NCBI GenBank assembly: GCA_964016885.1
Contig: OZ024742.1
Span: 291,524,001-291,588,000 of the forward strand
Source of the DNA: Eledone cirrhosa
Lineage: Eukaryota
Reading direction: 5' to 3'
DNA: 64,000 bases
Part shown: one piece after another, positions 52,601 through 64,000 of the stretch
How the letters are laid out: each line of letters begins with the position of its first letter
Position numbering within the stretch: position 1 is the first letter of the stretch
Notes under the pieces: model-generated
Told to the model about the DNA's origin: nothing
Database searches by the model: none
Seen by the model: the letters and a program-made list of their open reading frames with translations, nothing else
Position numbers and translations under genes: made by a program

Positions 52601-54404
52601 TTAATTATATATGCTAGTACATAATCCATTGTTTTACAGATAGAATGAGTAATATTCAGTTTCTTTACCAAACTTTAACATAGTTATGTTGGTCGGTTTG
52701 AAATAGAACACTGATTTCTGATATAAATGAAAGATTTTAGAACATTTGCATCCCACCGCCACCCATCTTTGTTTTTGTCTCACAATTGTGTTCAATGAAT
52801 TCTAAATAAAAAGTTTTAAATGTTTTTGACAGATCGTAGTATATGTGTGGCAGACATACAAAACAGCTGTACAGTTGTTATGTAGATTGTGTTTATATAT
52901 AAATAAAAAATATATTAAAAAATAAGCTACCTCATTGCTTAGACCATAAGATAGCATAATGAATACCTCCTCTTCCATGTTGTCAAGTGTGAAGTCCCCC
53001 ATTGTATATTTTTAGTCTTTCTAGAATTTTAGACAATTTACTGGCTCTCTAGAACTATGTTGTCTGTGAGAACACAAGCTGGTTGCTATTCACTGGTACT
53101 CCAGTTCTTAAAAAACATACATCTTAATTCTCTCTCTCTCACCTGCTGTAACAGTTTACTGATACTAAGCTATAAATATCTTCCATCTATATTTGTTCCA
53201 GTAAATCTCATATAATCCATGCAGGTAGAAGTTGGAAGATGACAACAGTGAAATAAATGTGTGTGTGTGTATACACACACACATACATATATATATATAT
53301 ATCTGTGTGGTTGACAGCTGAGGGAAAAGAGTACTCAATACCAAAATAGTGAGTTTTGCCTGTTTATCACAGGGTCATCTGAAAGAGTAACAAGACTCAA
53401 TATATATATATACACATACTCACACATACACACTTATAGAAATAGCAAACAGTTTTGCTTTCAACCATGAGGAGTTATGATTTTCGAAATTGTTTGAAAA
53501 TTATAATCAGTGTTTTCCATTACAAATTTGGTAATGAGAGTTAGTAATTTATCAAAAATATTCTGAGTAAAATCTTTTGCTTCAAACACCAGCTTAATAA
53601 CGAAACTAAATTCCTCCAAATTCTTAATTATAATCAAATTTATTTGAGAATTATAGGCAGTGTCTTTCATCAGAAATATGGTAACAAAAAGGTTAAAGTG
53701 TTTATATTTATCTAATAACCTTCCATCTTCATTTTATGTAAGAACCTTTGTTATGGTATGTTCCAAACACCAGCTTCTTAATTAGAATGTTAATAATATT
53801 ACAAAATCCTTCCAAATTTTAGATTATTTTCGAAATTATTTAAAAACCTTAAGCAGTATGATATACAGAATGATTATAGCTATATTTGACCCCAACCTCC
53901 AGAGTAAATCAAATGAAAAGTAATATTTATGATTTCCTCTTGGTTTAGAATCCTATTATATTATGGTAATATCTCCCAAGAAACTGCTGCCTTCATGACA
54001 AACTTTAAAGTGCTAAACAATCTGAAAGAATGAGACCCACCCTCTTCCATCCCTCCTTAACATATAGAATATCAAACATCATAAACTGATTGTAGAAATC
54101 AAAAGTGTTAATGGCTCCACCATTCTTATTTCCTCCTTCTCTTATAAGATGAAATTGCTGATGTATTAAATATAATATAGATGACATTTAATTAACACAG
54201 CAACCTGTTGATTAATCACTCATACATTTATATACTTGTACATTATTTAAATTGACACACAATCAAACCAAGGAAGGCAGGTAAGGTGAAAGGCTGATGA
54301 TAGTAAGGTTGTAGGTTCAATTCTAGGACTGGATGGCATGTTGCGTTCTTGAGCAAGACACCTCATTTCACATTGTTTTTCATTACAAGACTAGGTTCCT
54401 ATCA

Positions 54405-54620
54405 TTAACCTTTTAGCATTTAAACTGGCTGTATCTGGCCAGAATTCTTTTACTTCTTTCTCTTTAAACCGGTTGTAACTGGCCACTCATACTGAAGTTA
54501 AGGTATTGTTCTCAAAATAAATATCATCAAAATCTCATATATTCAATATTATGTGAGGTAAAGCCTTTACCATAAAAATATATAGTATATATAGAGTAAT
54601 GTAAATGTTAAGGGGGTTAA
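54405..54620. mobile_element. TTAA MITE family 2
   Basis: TTAAccttttagcattt...aaatgttaagggggTTAA. Confidence 0.85.
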
Positions 54621-55114
54621 AATACTCAAGAAGCCTGTTATGACATCTAACCTTGTAGAAAGGCAGCTAAATCTACATAGGTGTGAGCTGTAAATTTCAT
54701 TTTGTTTTTTGTCTTTTAGGACTTTTTGTTAATTCTCCCATTATTTCTAAAATGATTTATTCAATTCATTTCGGGATTGTACTTATCTGGCAAAGTGTCT
54801 CAATCTATACCTGTATGTTGAAACTAAAGCAATTACATCATGAAAGAGTTGTTTTAACCATTTAAAAACACAGAAAAACTGTTAATTCTGCTTTATATTT
54901 ATCATTTATGTCAATGGTTTGTGTAATTTTAAGTGACTACTAGTTAATTTATGATTATTAAATTAAATGTATATGCTTGTTTACTAGTCACCCCCTTTTA
55001 TTTTCACTCTGAAAATATGTGAAGATCAAATATGGTACATTGTAAATGTATGTAAAAATGGAGGTGTAATTTTTAAATACCAATGCATTTTATATATATA
55101 TATATATATATATA

Positions 55115-55552
55115 ATCATCATCATCATCATTATCACCGTTTTACGTCCGTTCTTCCACGCTAGCATGGGTTAGGCGGGTTGTCCTGTTGTGGGCAGTGT
55201 CTGGTCGGCTGACCATGCCTTGCTCATACAGGAACTGATTTGGCTTGATTTCTACAGCTGGATGCCCTTCCTAACACCAACCTCATTTACAGTGAGTGCT
55301 GGGTGCTTTTTCGTGGCGCCTACGCGTCCACTTTACAGTGTGGGCTGGGTGCTTTTTTGCCGTGACACCTCCATGACCACCTTGCAGTGGGGGGTGTGGA
55401 GGCATATTGTCTATATGCTTCAGCTTGTACCCATGGGAGGTCGGGTACTCTGTATTACTGCGTGACGCCAGAGGTCACGGTCGTGTGTCATCGCCTTTGA
55501 GAAGTGTAATTGGGTAAGGTCGGCTTTTATCACCTCATCCCAGGTCATCTTG
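55115..55552 (-). mobile_element. RTE subfamily A 3' fragment
   Basis: Nearly identical to 57231-57652; (ATC)n abuts (TA)n. Confidence 0.92.
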
Positions 55553-57230
55553 TAAGTTCATCTATGTAAGCGAGGGGCCAGCTCCTAGCCCCACTTCAGT
55601 ACAGACACAGCCTAGAAAGACCTGTCCGACTCTTGCTAGCAGAGAAAGTGGATGTTAAAAGATGATGTTATATATATATATATATATATATATATACTGT
55701 ATATACTTGTGTATAAGTCACATCTTTTCCATTAAAATACATGAAAAAATCTACTTTGTTACTTGTGTACTACATATCCCTACACATCGTATAAAACAAT
55801 TAAGGACCCAAGATGACTATGAAGCTTTCAAATGCTTGTTGTTACATTATAATGTATGTATATAAGATGTGACTTATATACTATTGTAACTCACTCATAC
55901 ATGTGTATATGCAGTAATTATTGACTTAATACTCTGTACTGCTTGAAACCATCTTAATAAGGCAAAGGATTTTATTTTAATACTGCAAATTTTCACAGCA
56001 ATCTATCTACTAGTAAACATATAATAAACATCTGAATTAACAAAACCATTTTTAGATATTTTCTGCTGAAGTATTGTAGGATCTTAATCGAACAAACTCC
56101 TTGAAAAATAGCTTTAAAATCATTTTACAGCTCTTGTGGTTGAGGATTTGATTTCTTTGGTCAGAATTTGATCTTTAAAATAGATCAGTCTATGTCAGTG
56201 GCATTGAGTTCCATGATCAGTGATATTATAGAAGGGGTCAAAGTCAGACCACTTCTATAATACCATTCTACTGAATATATTCTCTTTCTCTTTTTCTATC
56301 ATTTGTTCTTTTCTTCTGTATTTCTTTTTCTAAAAGAACCACCACTGTCCAAAATAAAATAAAAAACACTATAGTATTTTTTTTATTTTCAGTGTTAAAC
56401 TAATATAATTTACCATGTTAATTTTTTGTGTTTTGTTTTGCACATAAATCCTTTTCACAATATGCATGTGTGTGTGTCTGTGTTTGTGCATATACATAAA
56501 AGATATTCATGTTAGTAAGATATGTGTATCATCATCATCAACACTATGACCTCCACCACCACCACCATTTTAGTGTATGTTTAGGAACTGTTCTTCTCCT
56601 GTGCAGTATGTATTGATTGAGTAAACTAGGAGACCTAGTCATTGATCTTTAGATATTGATCTGTGAACAAACACAGTGAAAATGTGGGTGTGAGAGAGAG
56701 AATGAGACAAGTTGGTTTGTTACACATTGATCTCAGAAGTGAGAGGAGAGAGTTATGTTAATTTGCTACACACATATACACATATTTGTGGAGAGAGAGA
56801 CAAACATACAGAAAAGGAATTAAGTCAATTTGTTAAATACACCTGTCGGCACACACACACACATTTCTAGAGAGGGAGAGAAAGACAGAGACTGACATAG
56901 GTAGGGCAACAGACAGAGAGACAGACTATGTGTCTGCTGTGTGTGTGCGTGTGTGTATTAAATCAATTTGGTAAACACATATTTCTGGGGAAAGAGACAT
57001 GCAGAGAGAGAGAGATAGTGAGAATGTATGTGTTAAGTCAATTTGTTTCACATACACACATAGATACATATATATATATGTATCAGGGTGTAACAGTCTT
57101 TTTTTTTCAGTTCAATTTTATCTATCTACTTCCAAATTTTATATAAATGTGCATATGTATATATATGTATGGACGTTAAACGATGATGATGATGTATGTA
57201 CGTATGTATATATGTGTGTGTCTGTATATA

Positions 57231-58244
57231 TCATCATCATCATCACCGTTTTACGTCCGTTCTTCCACGCTAGCATGGATTAGACGGGTTGTCCTGTTAT
57301 GGGCAGTGTCTGGTCGGCTGACCATGCGTTGCTCATACAGGAACTGATTTGGCTTGATTTCTACAGCTGGATGCCCTTCCTAACACCAACCTCATTTACA
57401 GTGAGTGCTGGGTGCTTTTTCGTGGCGCCTACACGTCCACTTTACAGTGTGGGCTGGGTGCTTTTTTGCTGTGGCAACTCCACGACCACCTTGCGGTGGG
57501 GGCATATTGTCTATATGCTTCAGCTTGTACCCATGGGAGGTCGGGTACTCTGTATTACTGCGTGACGCCAGAGGTCACGGTCGTGTGTCATTGCCTTTGA
57601 GAGGTGTAATTGGGTAAGGTCGGCTTTTATCACCTCATCCCAGGTCATCTTGGTTCTCCCCACTCCGCGGTTTCCATCAACTTCTAGTGCTCTGCACCTT
57701 TTTATGCAGCTGTCATCCTTCATACGCATCACATGTCCATACCAGCGCAACCGCCTCTCCTGCACACAGCATTTGATTCCTCTTATGCTCAGTCTCTCTC
57801 TCAATTCATTTATGCTTTGTCGTTCACGTATATTACTGTTACATATCCATCGGAGCATGCAGGCTTCGTTTCTCTCTAATCTACGTAAGTCTTCCACCTT
57901 CAGCGCCCAGGTCTCACTACCATGCAACATCGCAGTTCGGATACACGCATCATACAGTCTGCCTTTCATTCTGAGGGAGAAGCCTTTTGCAGCTAGCAGT
58001 GGTAGTAGTTCCCTAAACTTCTTCCATCTCGTTCTTACCCTAGTTATTGTACTTTCTGAACACCCACCTCCGCTGCTAATTCGGTCACCTAGGTAGCAGA
58101 AGCTGTCTACTGTTTCTACAGAGCCCTCCCAGGGATTGGTGGTACTTGTTTCCTGTGGCTGTTTGCTGCTTGCTGTCCCAGCACAGCTGCTGCATGTGAA
58201 GCCTACATTCTTAATTAAGCTTCCTGAGATCCCGCTACATCTCT
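57231..58244 (-). mobile_element. RTE subfamily A, ~1 kb, 5'-truncated
   Basis: Open C-terminal ORF MKGRLYDAC..LHGSETW..LRWYGHVMRM; same 5' end as the 6418 copy. Confidence 0.93.
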
Positions 58245-58654
58245 ATATATATAATGTATATATATATATATATATAATCTCTATATATATAATGTATATA
58301 TGCGTAAATATATATTGGTAAATATTTAAATAATAGGATATCCCAGTTGTAAAAGAAAAGACTATTTCTATCTTTTATATAGGTGACTACAATAATGAGA
58401 TGAAAAACTACAAATCAAGAAAAGCCTTGCCCAAGTTCAATTGTTAATAGATTTGTCTATATGTATTCTAATCTGAGCATTGACACATGTAATTTAGTAT
58501 TAAACATTAATTCCACTCAATCCTGTGCCATCAGATACTTTGTAAAATATTCAAGATAAGTAGAAAACATCCTATGTATATTTGTCTGTATGTATATATA
58601 TATATATATGTGTTTTTATATATATATATTATAGATAATGATATATATATATAT

Positions 58655-59492
58655 AATGAAAGGCAGGTTGTACGATGCCTGCATACGAACAGCAATGCTG
58701 CATGGCAGTGAGACCTGGGCATTGTGTGCAGAGGATATACGCAGACTAGAGAGGAACGAAGCTTGCATGCTCCGCTGGATGTGTAACAGTAATATACGTG
58801 AACGGCAAAGCATAAACGAACTAAGGAAAAAATTAGAGATAAGAGGGATCAGATGTTGTTTACTCGAGAGAAGGCTACGTTGGTATGGACACGTGATGCG
58901 CATGAAAGTCGATAGCTGTATAACAAAGTGCAGGGCAATAAAGATAGACGGTAGTCACGGAATAGGCAGACCTAGAAAAACCTGGGACGAGCTGATAAAC
59001 TCCGACATCACACACTTACACCTCTCCAAGACAATGTCACTGGACCGAGACCTTTGGCGGTACTCAGTAACAGAGAAGACCCGCCTTACCTAAATATATA
59101 GTAAAACCTACTCCAGCCAGTAGGCATCTCTAACAAAATACACCCCGTCCCACCACCACCACCCCCACCCGATCCACACCACCCCGTTCTATGTAAAGTT
59201 ATGTTGGTGCCGCGCCATCGAGGCCGAAACAAATGAGATCGTGTAGGTGTCACGACAAAAAAACACACAGTCCACGCTGTAATGTGGCCGTGTAGGCAAC
59301 ACGGTAAAAACCTCCCAGACCCACACTGTAAATGTGGTTGGTGTTAGGAAGGGCATCCAACTGTAGAAAACCTGCCAGACAGTCCTATGCGAGCAAGACA
59401 ATCACTCTTGCCTCAAGTGGGACTACCCCCGTCCAAACCCATGCAAGCGTGGAACACGGACGTTAAACGTTGATGATGATGATGATGATGAT
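58655..59492 (+). mobile_element. RTE subfamily B, 5'-truncated
   Basis: MKGRLYDAC..ETWALCAEDIRRLERNE..KTRLT*; 3' UTR matches the 32766-33146 UTR; (TA)n on both sides. Confidence 0.93.
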
Positions 59493-60085
59493 ATATATAT
59501 GTTTTTATATATATATATGAGAGAGAGGATAAGAAAATGAGAAGTAGTTTCAGATGTTAAAGTCCTTTATTGCTAAGGCTGTGATACATATTTCAATGAG
59601 GACAGTGGCCACGCGATTCCGCCTAACCAGTGCCATGATCTCACCAGACAGCTTCTTACATAAAAAGCCTTCAGTGTGTGTGTGTGTGTATCATCATTAT
59701 CATCACCATTGTCTTGTGAGAAATACCAGATCAGGTGACCATGTCTTGCTCATACAGAACTGATTTGGGCTTGGTTTCTACAGCTGGGTGTCCGGGTGTC
59801 CTTCCTAACACCAACTACATTTACAGTGAGTACTGGGTGCTTTTTGTCATGACACGTACATGACACTATACAGTGTGGGCTGGGTGCGTTTTGTCATGGC
59901 ACCTACACGACCACGTTACAGTGTTGGGCAGAGGGCTTTAGTAGATGTATGCTTCAGCCTGTCCTCATGGCAGATGTATGGAAAAGTAGGGTGGGGTGGA
60001 GGTGAGGATGGTGTGTACTATATGTATGCTTCAGCTTCAGCCTGTGCTCATGGGAAGACAACTCTTCTGTATTACTATATATATA

Positions 60086-60379
60086 CTGTTGAACCTTGGT
60101 TCACAAACTTAATTTGGCCATTCGTTACCTGAAATGTTCGTAAACCGAACTATTTTTCCTAAACAAAATGTTGAGAGAGAGACAGTGTGTTAAGGACAGA
60201 TAGATATCATCATAGTAACTAACTACACTGCAAGTGATGCTTTCCTGCTGATATTCTCAGCTTGTTGCCAACCCTTGTTGCAGGCTTGTGAGTTGGTTAC
60301 TGAGACATTTTATGTTCGGAAAAATTGTTTATGAACTGATTTGTTCATGATGAGAGGCGTTTGTGAACCAAAGTTCCTC

Positions 60380-60381
<2 letters not shown>
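60086..60381. mobile_element. Tigger/pogo-like non-autonomous DNA transposon
   Basis: TIRs ctgttgaaccttggttcacaaac / gtttgtgaaccaaagttcctctg within (TA)n. Confidence 0.75.
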
Positions 60382-60416
<35 letters not shown>

Positions 60417-60421
<5 letters not shown>

Positions 60422-60474
60422 AGTATGTATGTATACGTACATACATATATGTATACAGACGTATAGTAGCATGC

Positions 60475-60513
<39 letters not shown>

Positions 60514-60595
60514 CATACAGGTACACATACATAAAGCGGGCGCTATAATAAGCGTCCGCTAAACTGATACGTGCATATATGTATGTGTACCTGTA

Positions 60596-60635
<40 letters not shown>

Positions 60636-60690
60636 TGCTACTATACGTCTGTATACATATATGTATGTACGTATACATACATACTTACAT
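60417..60690. repeat. Inverted duplication with ~115-bp arms around a GC-rich mini-hairpin
   Basis: atgtaagtatg..gacgtatagtagcatgc..caggtacacatacata is mirrored; spacer contains agcgggcgct-ataata-agcgtccgct. Confidence 0.9.
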
Positions 60691-61073
60691 TTAAGTAAGT
60701 GCCGTACTAAGAGTGAGAAATGATATTTCGTTTTCATTTTATTACAACTTTTATATATATATATATGTGTGTGTATGTATGTATATCATCATCATCAACA
60801 TTCAATGTCTGCTTTCCCTGCTAGCAAGGGTTGGACTGCTTTACATAGACCAAGTCAGTATTGAAGTGGAGCCACTGATCTCCCAAACAGGTTAGGTACA
60901 TTTGTATCCTGTTTACATATTGTAATTATTGAGTGCAGAGGAAAAGTTGTGTCGTTTGACAACTGAAGGATCCTCCTAACCTCTTGTTTGGTAAAACTTC
61001 TATGGCTTACTAGTTCTATACGGACGTCTAAATTGATTAAATCAATCAATAAATATATATATTATTAACACAG

Positions 61074-61161
61074 ATTAAAAGTTTGAGCAAACAGTTTCTG
61101 TTTTCACTCTTTTATGAGATCTCGCAAAAGAGTGAAGAAATTGTTTGCTTAAACTTTTAAT
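61074..61161. repeat. 88-bp loop-less palindrome
   Basis: attaaaagtttgagcaaaca..ttcactctttt..gaga|tctc..aaaagagtgaa..tgtttgcttaaacttttaat. Confidence 0.85.
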
Positions 61162-61185
61162 ATGTATCAATAATATTTGTTGTGT

Positions 61186-61233
<48 letters not shown>

Positions 61234-61674
61234 TATATACACATACACACACATATATATATCATCAGTGTTTTAACTTCCGCTTTCCCTGCTAGCAAGG
61301 AAGTACTGAAGCAGAGCCACTGATCTCCCAGACAGGCCAGGGATCTGTGTCTCACTTATGTATGATCTCACTTTCCACCATGTGCACAGGAAGGGTTGTC
61401 ATGTCTTTGATACAATTGAGGGTCCTTCCAACCTTTTGTTTGGTAAGATTTCTACAGCTGGATGCCCTTCCTATCACCAACCACTTTACAGCATGTACTA
61501 AGTGCATTTACCATGTAGATCACCAAACACAAGGGGGGATGTTATGTCATTGACAAGACTGAAGGGTTAGGAGAACACTTTGCTTAGCAAACTTTCTACA
61601 ATTAGATGCCCTTCCTACCACACAACTCTTATTGAGTAATCTCTGGATTTTCTGCTTTGTATTTATTATTACTA

Positions 61675-61850
61675 TTGGCAGTATCAGTAGAGGGTCAGAT
61701 GCCATGCTTTACAGTATAGTTACGCCCCTTTATGGTCTGAATTCAAATCCCACCGAGGTTAACTTTGCCTTTCATCCTTACGGGGTGGATAAAATAAAGT
61801 ACCAGTATTGCACTGGGATGATTGCTGGCCTTGTGCCAAAAGTAGAAACA
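61675..61850 (+). mobile_element. SINE S1 with 10-bp TSD
   Basis: attattacta at 61665-61674 and 61851-61860. Confidence 0.88.
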
Positions 61851-61868
61851 ATTATTACTACTATATGT

Positions 61869-62295
61869 ATACAGGAACTGATTTGGCTTGATTTCTACAG
61901 CTGGATGCCCTTCCTATCACCAACCTCATTTACAGTGAGTGCTGGGTGCTTTTTTTCCGTGGCGCCTACACGTCCACTTTACAGTGTGGGCTGGGTGCTT
62001 TTTTGCCGTGGCATCTCCACGACCACTTTGCAGTGGGAGGGTGTGGGGTCATATTGTCTATATGCTTCAGCTTGTACCCATGGGAGGTCAGGTACTCTGT
62101 ATTACTGCGTGACGCCAGAGGTCACGGTCGTGTGTCATCGCCTTTGAGAGGTGTAATTGGGTAAGGTCGGCTTTTATCACCTCATCCCAGGTCTTGGAAG
62201 GCATGGTCAGCCGACCAGACACTGCTCACAACAGGACAACCCATCTAACCCATGTTAGCATTGAAGAACGGACGTAAAACGGTGATGATGATGAT
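61869..62295. mobile_element. RTE subfamily A copy with inverted 5' part
   Basis: 61869-62195 is antisense; 62198-62295 is the sense 3' end with (GAT)n tail. Confidence 0.88.
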
Positions 62296-63904
62296 ATATA
62301 TATTCATTTTACCCAAAATGCTTTTTGAACTCCCTCGCCATCAGAACAAAAACTTTCTGTTTCTTACCCTTCTCAATTTCCTCTCTTTTTCTATTTCTTC
62401 ATTTATTTCTCCCTTTATTTTCTGGTGAAGGACTAGCATCCAAAACATTGAGACTCTTTTCCTACTATATCTTTGTTGTACTGTATTGTATGCTTTGTTG
62501 TTTTGCTTAAACATATATATATATCAGTGTGTGCATTGAAAAGGTAAAATCGCAACCACAAACAAGCTGCAATTCTGTGGTTTCAGCTTGTTTTCTTAAG
62601 CATTCTCAGTTCTCAGGTGTACTGGTACATAGGGTTTCACAATAGTTTGGTCAGTTAAAATGTAAATTCTGGGGAGATGTATGGAATCGGGTCACTTGTT
62701 CTAGCCAGTAGGCAATGGGATGGTGTTGGAGTCAAGCTGGTAGAATGGTGGATTTTAGTGAAAGATAGACTAAAGATTGGGAAAGTGGAGGTAAGAGGCA
62801 GGGTTAATAAAGCAGAGGTTGAAAGAGGCAAGAAAAGAAGAGGGGAATTATATAATTGTGTGTATCTGTATATACATATGCAACTACTCACATGTACATG
62901 GATACATACACATATGTGAACAGATAACACACACACACACACACACATAGAGCTGTACACAGCATTATATGAAGTCATATAAAGATACATAGCCATGCAC
63001 ATACATATGCATACACAAGCCTACCCCTAAGAAAATATGATCTTATACCCACAATCGTATATAAAGAAAATAAGCACCTATATAGCTTATACATCGTTAC
63101 AAGCATGCATACAAATCACATATAGATACACAAGTTTGATTATGTAACTATATAGATTATGAAATTCATAGAATTTATTTTAACAACCTCCGGCCATAAC
63201 TCATCCAATGAGATAACAAGTGTGCAGTTGATTGACTGCATGTTGCATTACAGAGTGCATACAAATAGTTAGTTAGTGAGTATTATTGCAGTGTTCTGCT
63301 ATTGATACATTGTATCGATCTCCTGGACGGAATTCCGTTTGATTGTAATATTCCACCTATAACAGTTATTAAAAGTGTTATATTCAGAGGACTGTGTAAT
63401 GTTGGCAGATTATTATGCAATCTTGGTAAATTACAACTCATGATCAGGGTACCGGTGCAACAACATATTAGTCTTTAGAATATATATAAAAATAAATGGA
63501 ATTGTGCATATCCTTATGTGTGTTTATAAATGATGAATTAATAGAAGGATCTAGGGTCATTGAGAGAGAAGTAGGGCTACTTGTGTGAAGGAGGTAGCCT
63601 AGTCCAGGTAATGGCTACCATGCAAGCTCAGGTGTTGAGTATTTCCTTGCTGTAGTAGTGGGTAAGTGTGGCTCTTTATCCTCTGGAGTCATGTGTTGGT
63701 TTGAAGCAAAGATATGATTTATGGATTTGGGACATGCATTTAGTTACTAGCTCCAATTTCTTGCTGATATATGCAACTATGCTTTGAGAGTGCTCACCTT
63801 CACTGTTAATCGGGTCATTTAGGTAGTACAAGTTAACAACTACTTCTATGGAGCTTTCTAAGGGTTGAAAATAATTTTTTTCTTCCATGTATGTGTATGT
63901 ACAT

Positions 63905-64000
63905 AGGTATGGCTGTGTGATTAAGAAGCTTGCTTTGCTGCCACATGTTAGAGGTTCAATTTCACTCCAAGGGTTTTAAGAACAAGTGTTTTGGGAATGC
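63905..64000 (+). mobile_element. Old tRNA-derived SINE head
   Basis: tggctgtgtgattaagaagcttgc...ggttcaatt. Confidence 0.55.

Noticed and set aside
61632-62147. 171-aa ORF with a signal-peptide-like start
   Set aside because: Chance read-through across a SINE and an antisense RTE 3' UTR

Overview
AT-rich, microsatellite-dense eukaryotic DNA with no recognisable host protein-coding gene. The repeat content ((TA)n/(CA)n microsatellites, RTE LINEs with (GAT)n tails, tRNA-derived SINEs) looks like an octopus/coleoid genome; this is an inference. The window is intergenic or deep-intronic and consists mostly of transposon debris. It holds one near full-length but dead L1/Tx1-clade LINE (24710-30236, minus), several 5'-truncated, internally deleted or inverted RTE LINEs of at least two subfamilies, three non-autonomous Helitrons, piggyBac and mariner transposase fragments, two abundant TTAA-type MITE families, Tc1/Tigger-like MITEs, SINEs and SINE-derived minisatellites. 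Most ORFs in the supplied track are microsatellite or antisense artefacts. The most interesting signals are: loop-less palindromic elements with similar termini; decayed Penelope-type hammerhead ribozymes, one behind a CCAAT/octamer/TATA promoter; RTE copies sitting in (TA)n with shared 5' breakpoints, a bipartite deletion derivative and a twin-priming-like inversion; chimeric Helitrons amplifying a captured repeat; and two plus-strand YAG|GTAAG recursive-splice-like sites. All calls were made by eye without tools and some boundaries are approximate. None of this proves a new biological system.
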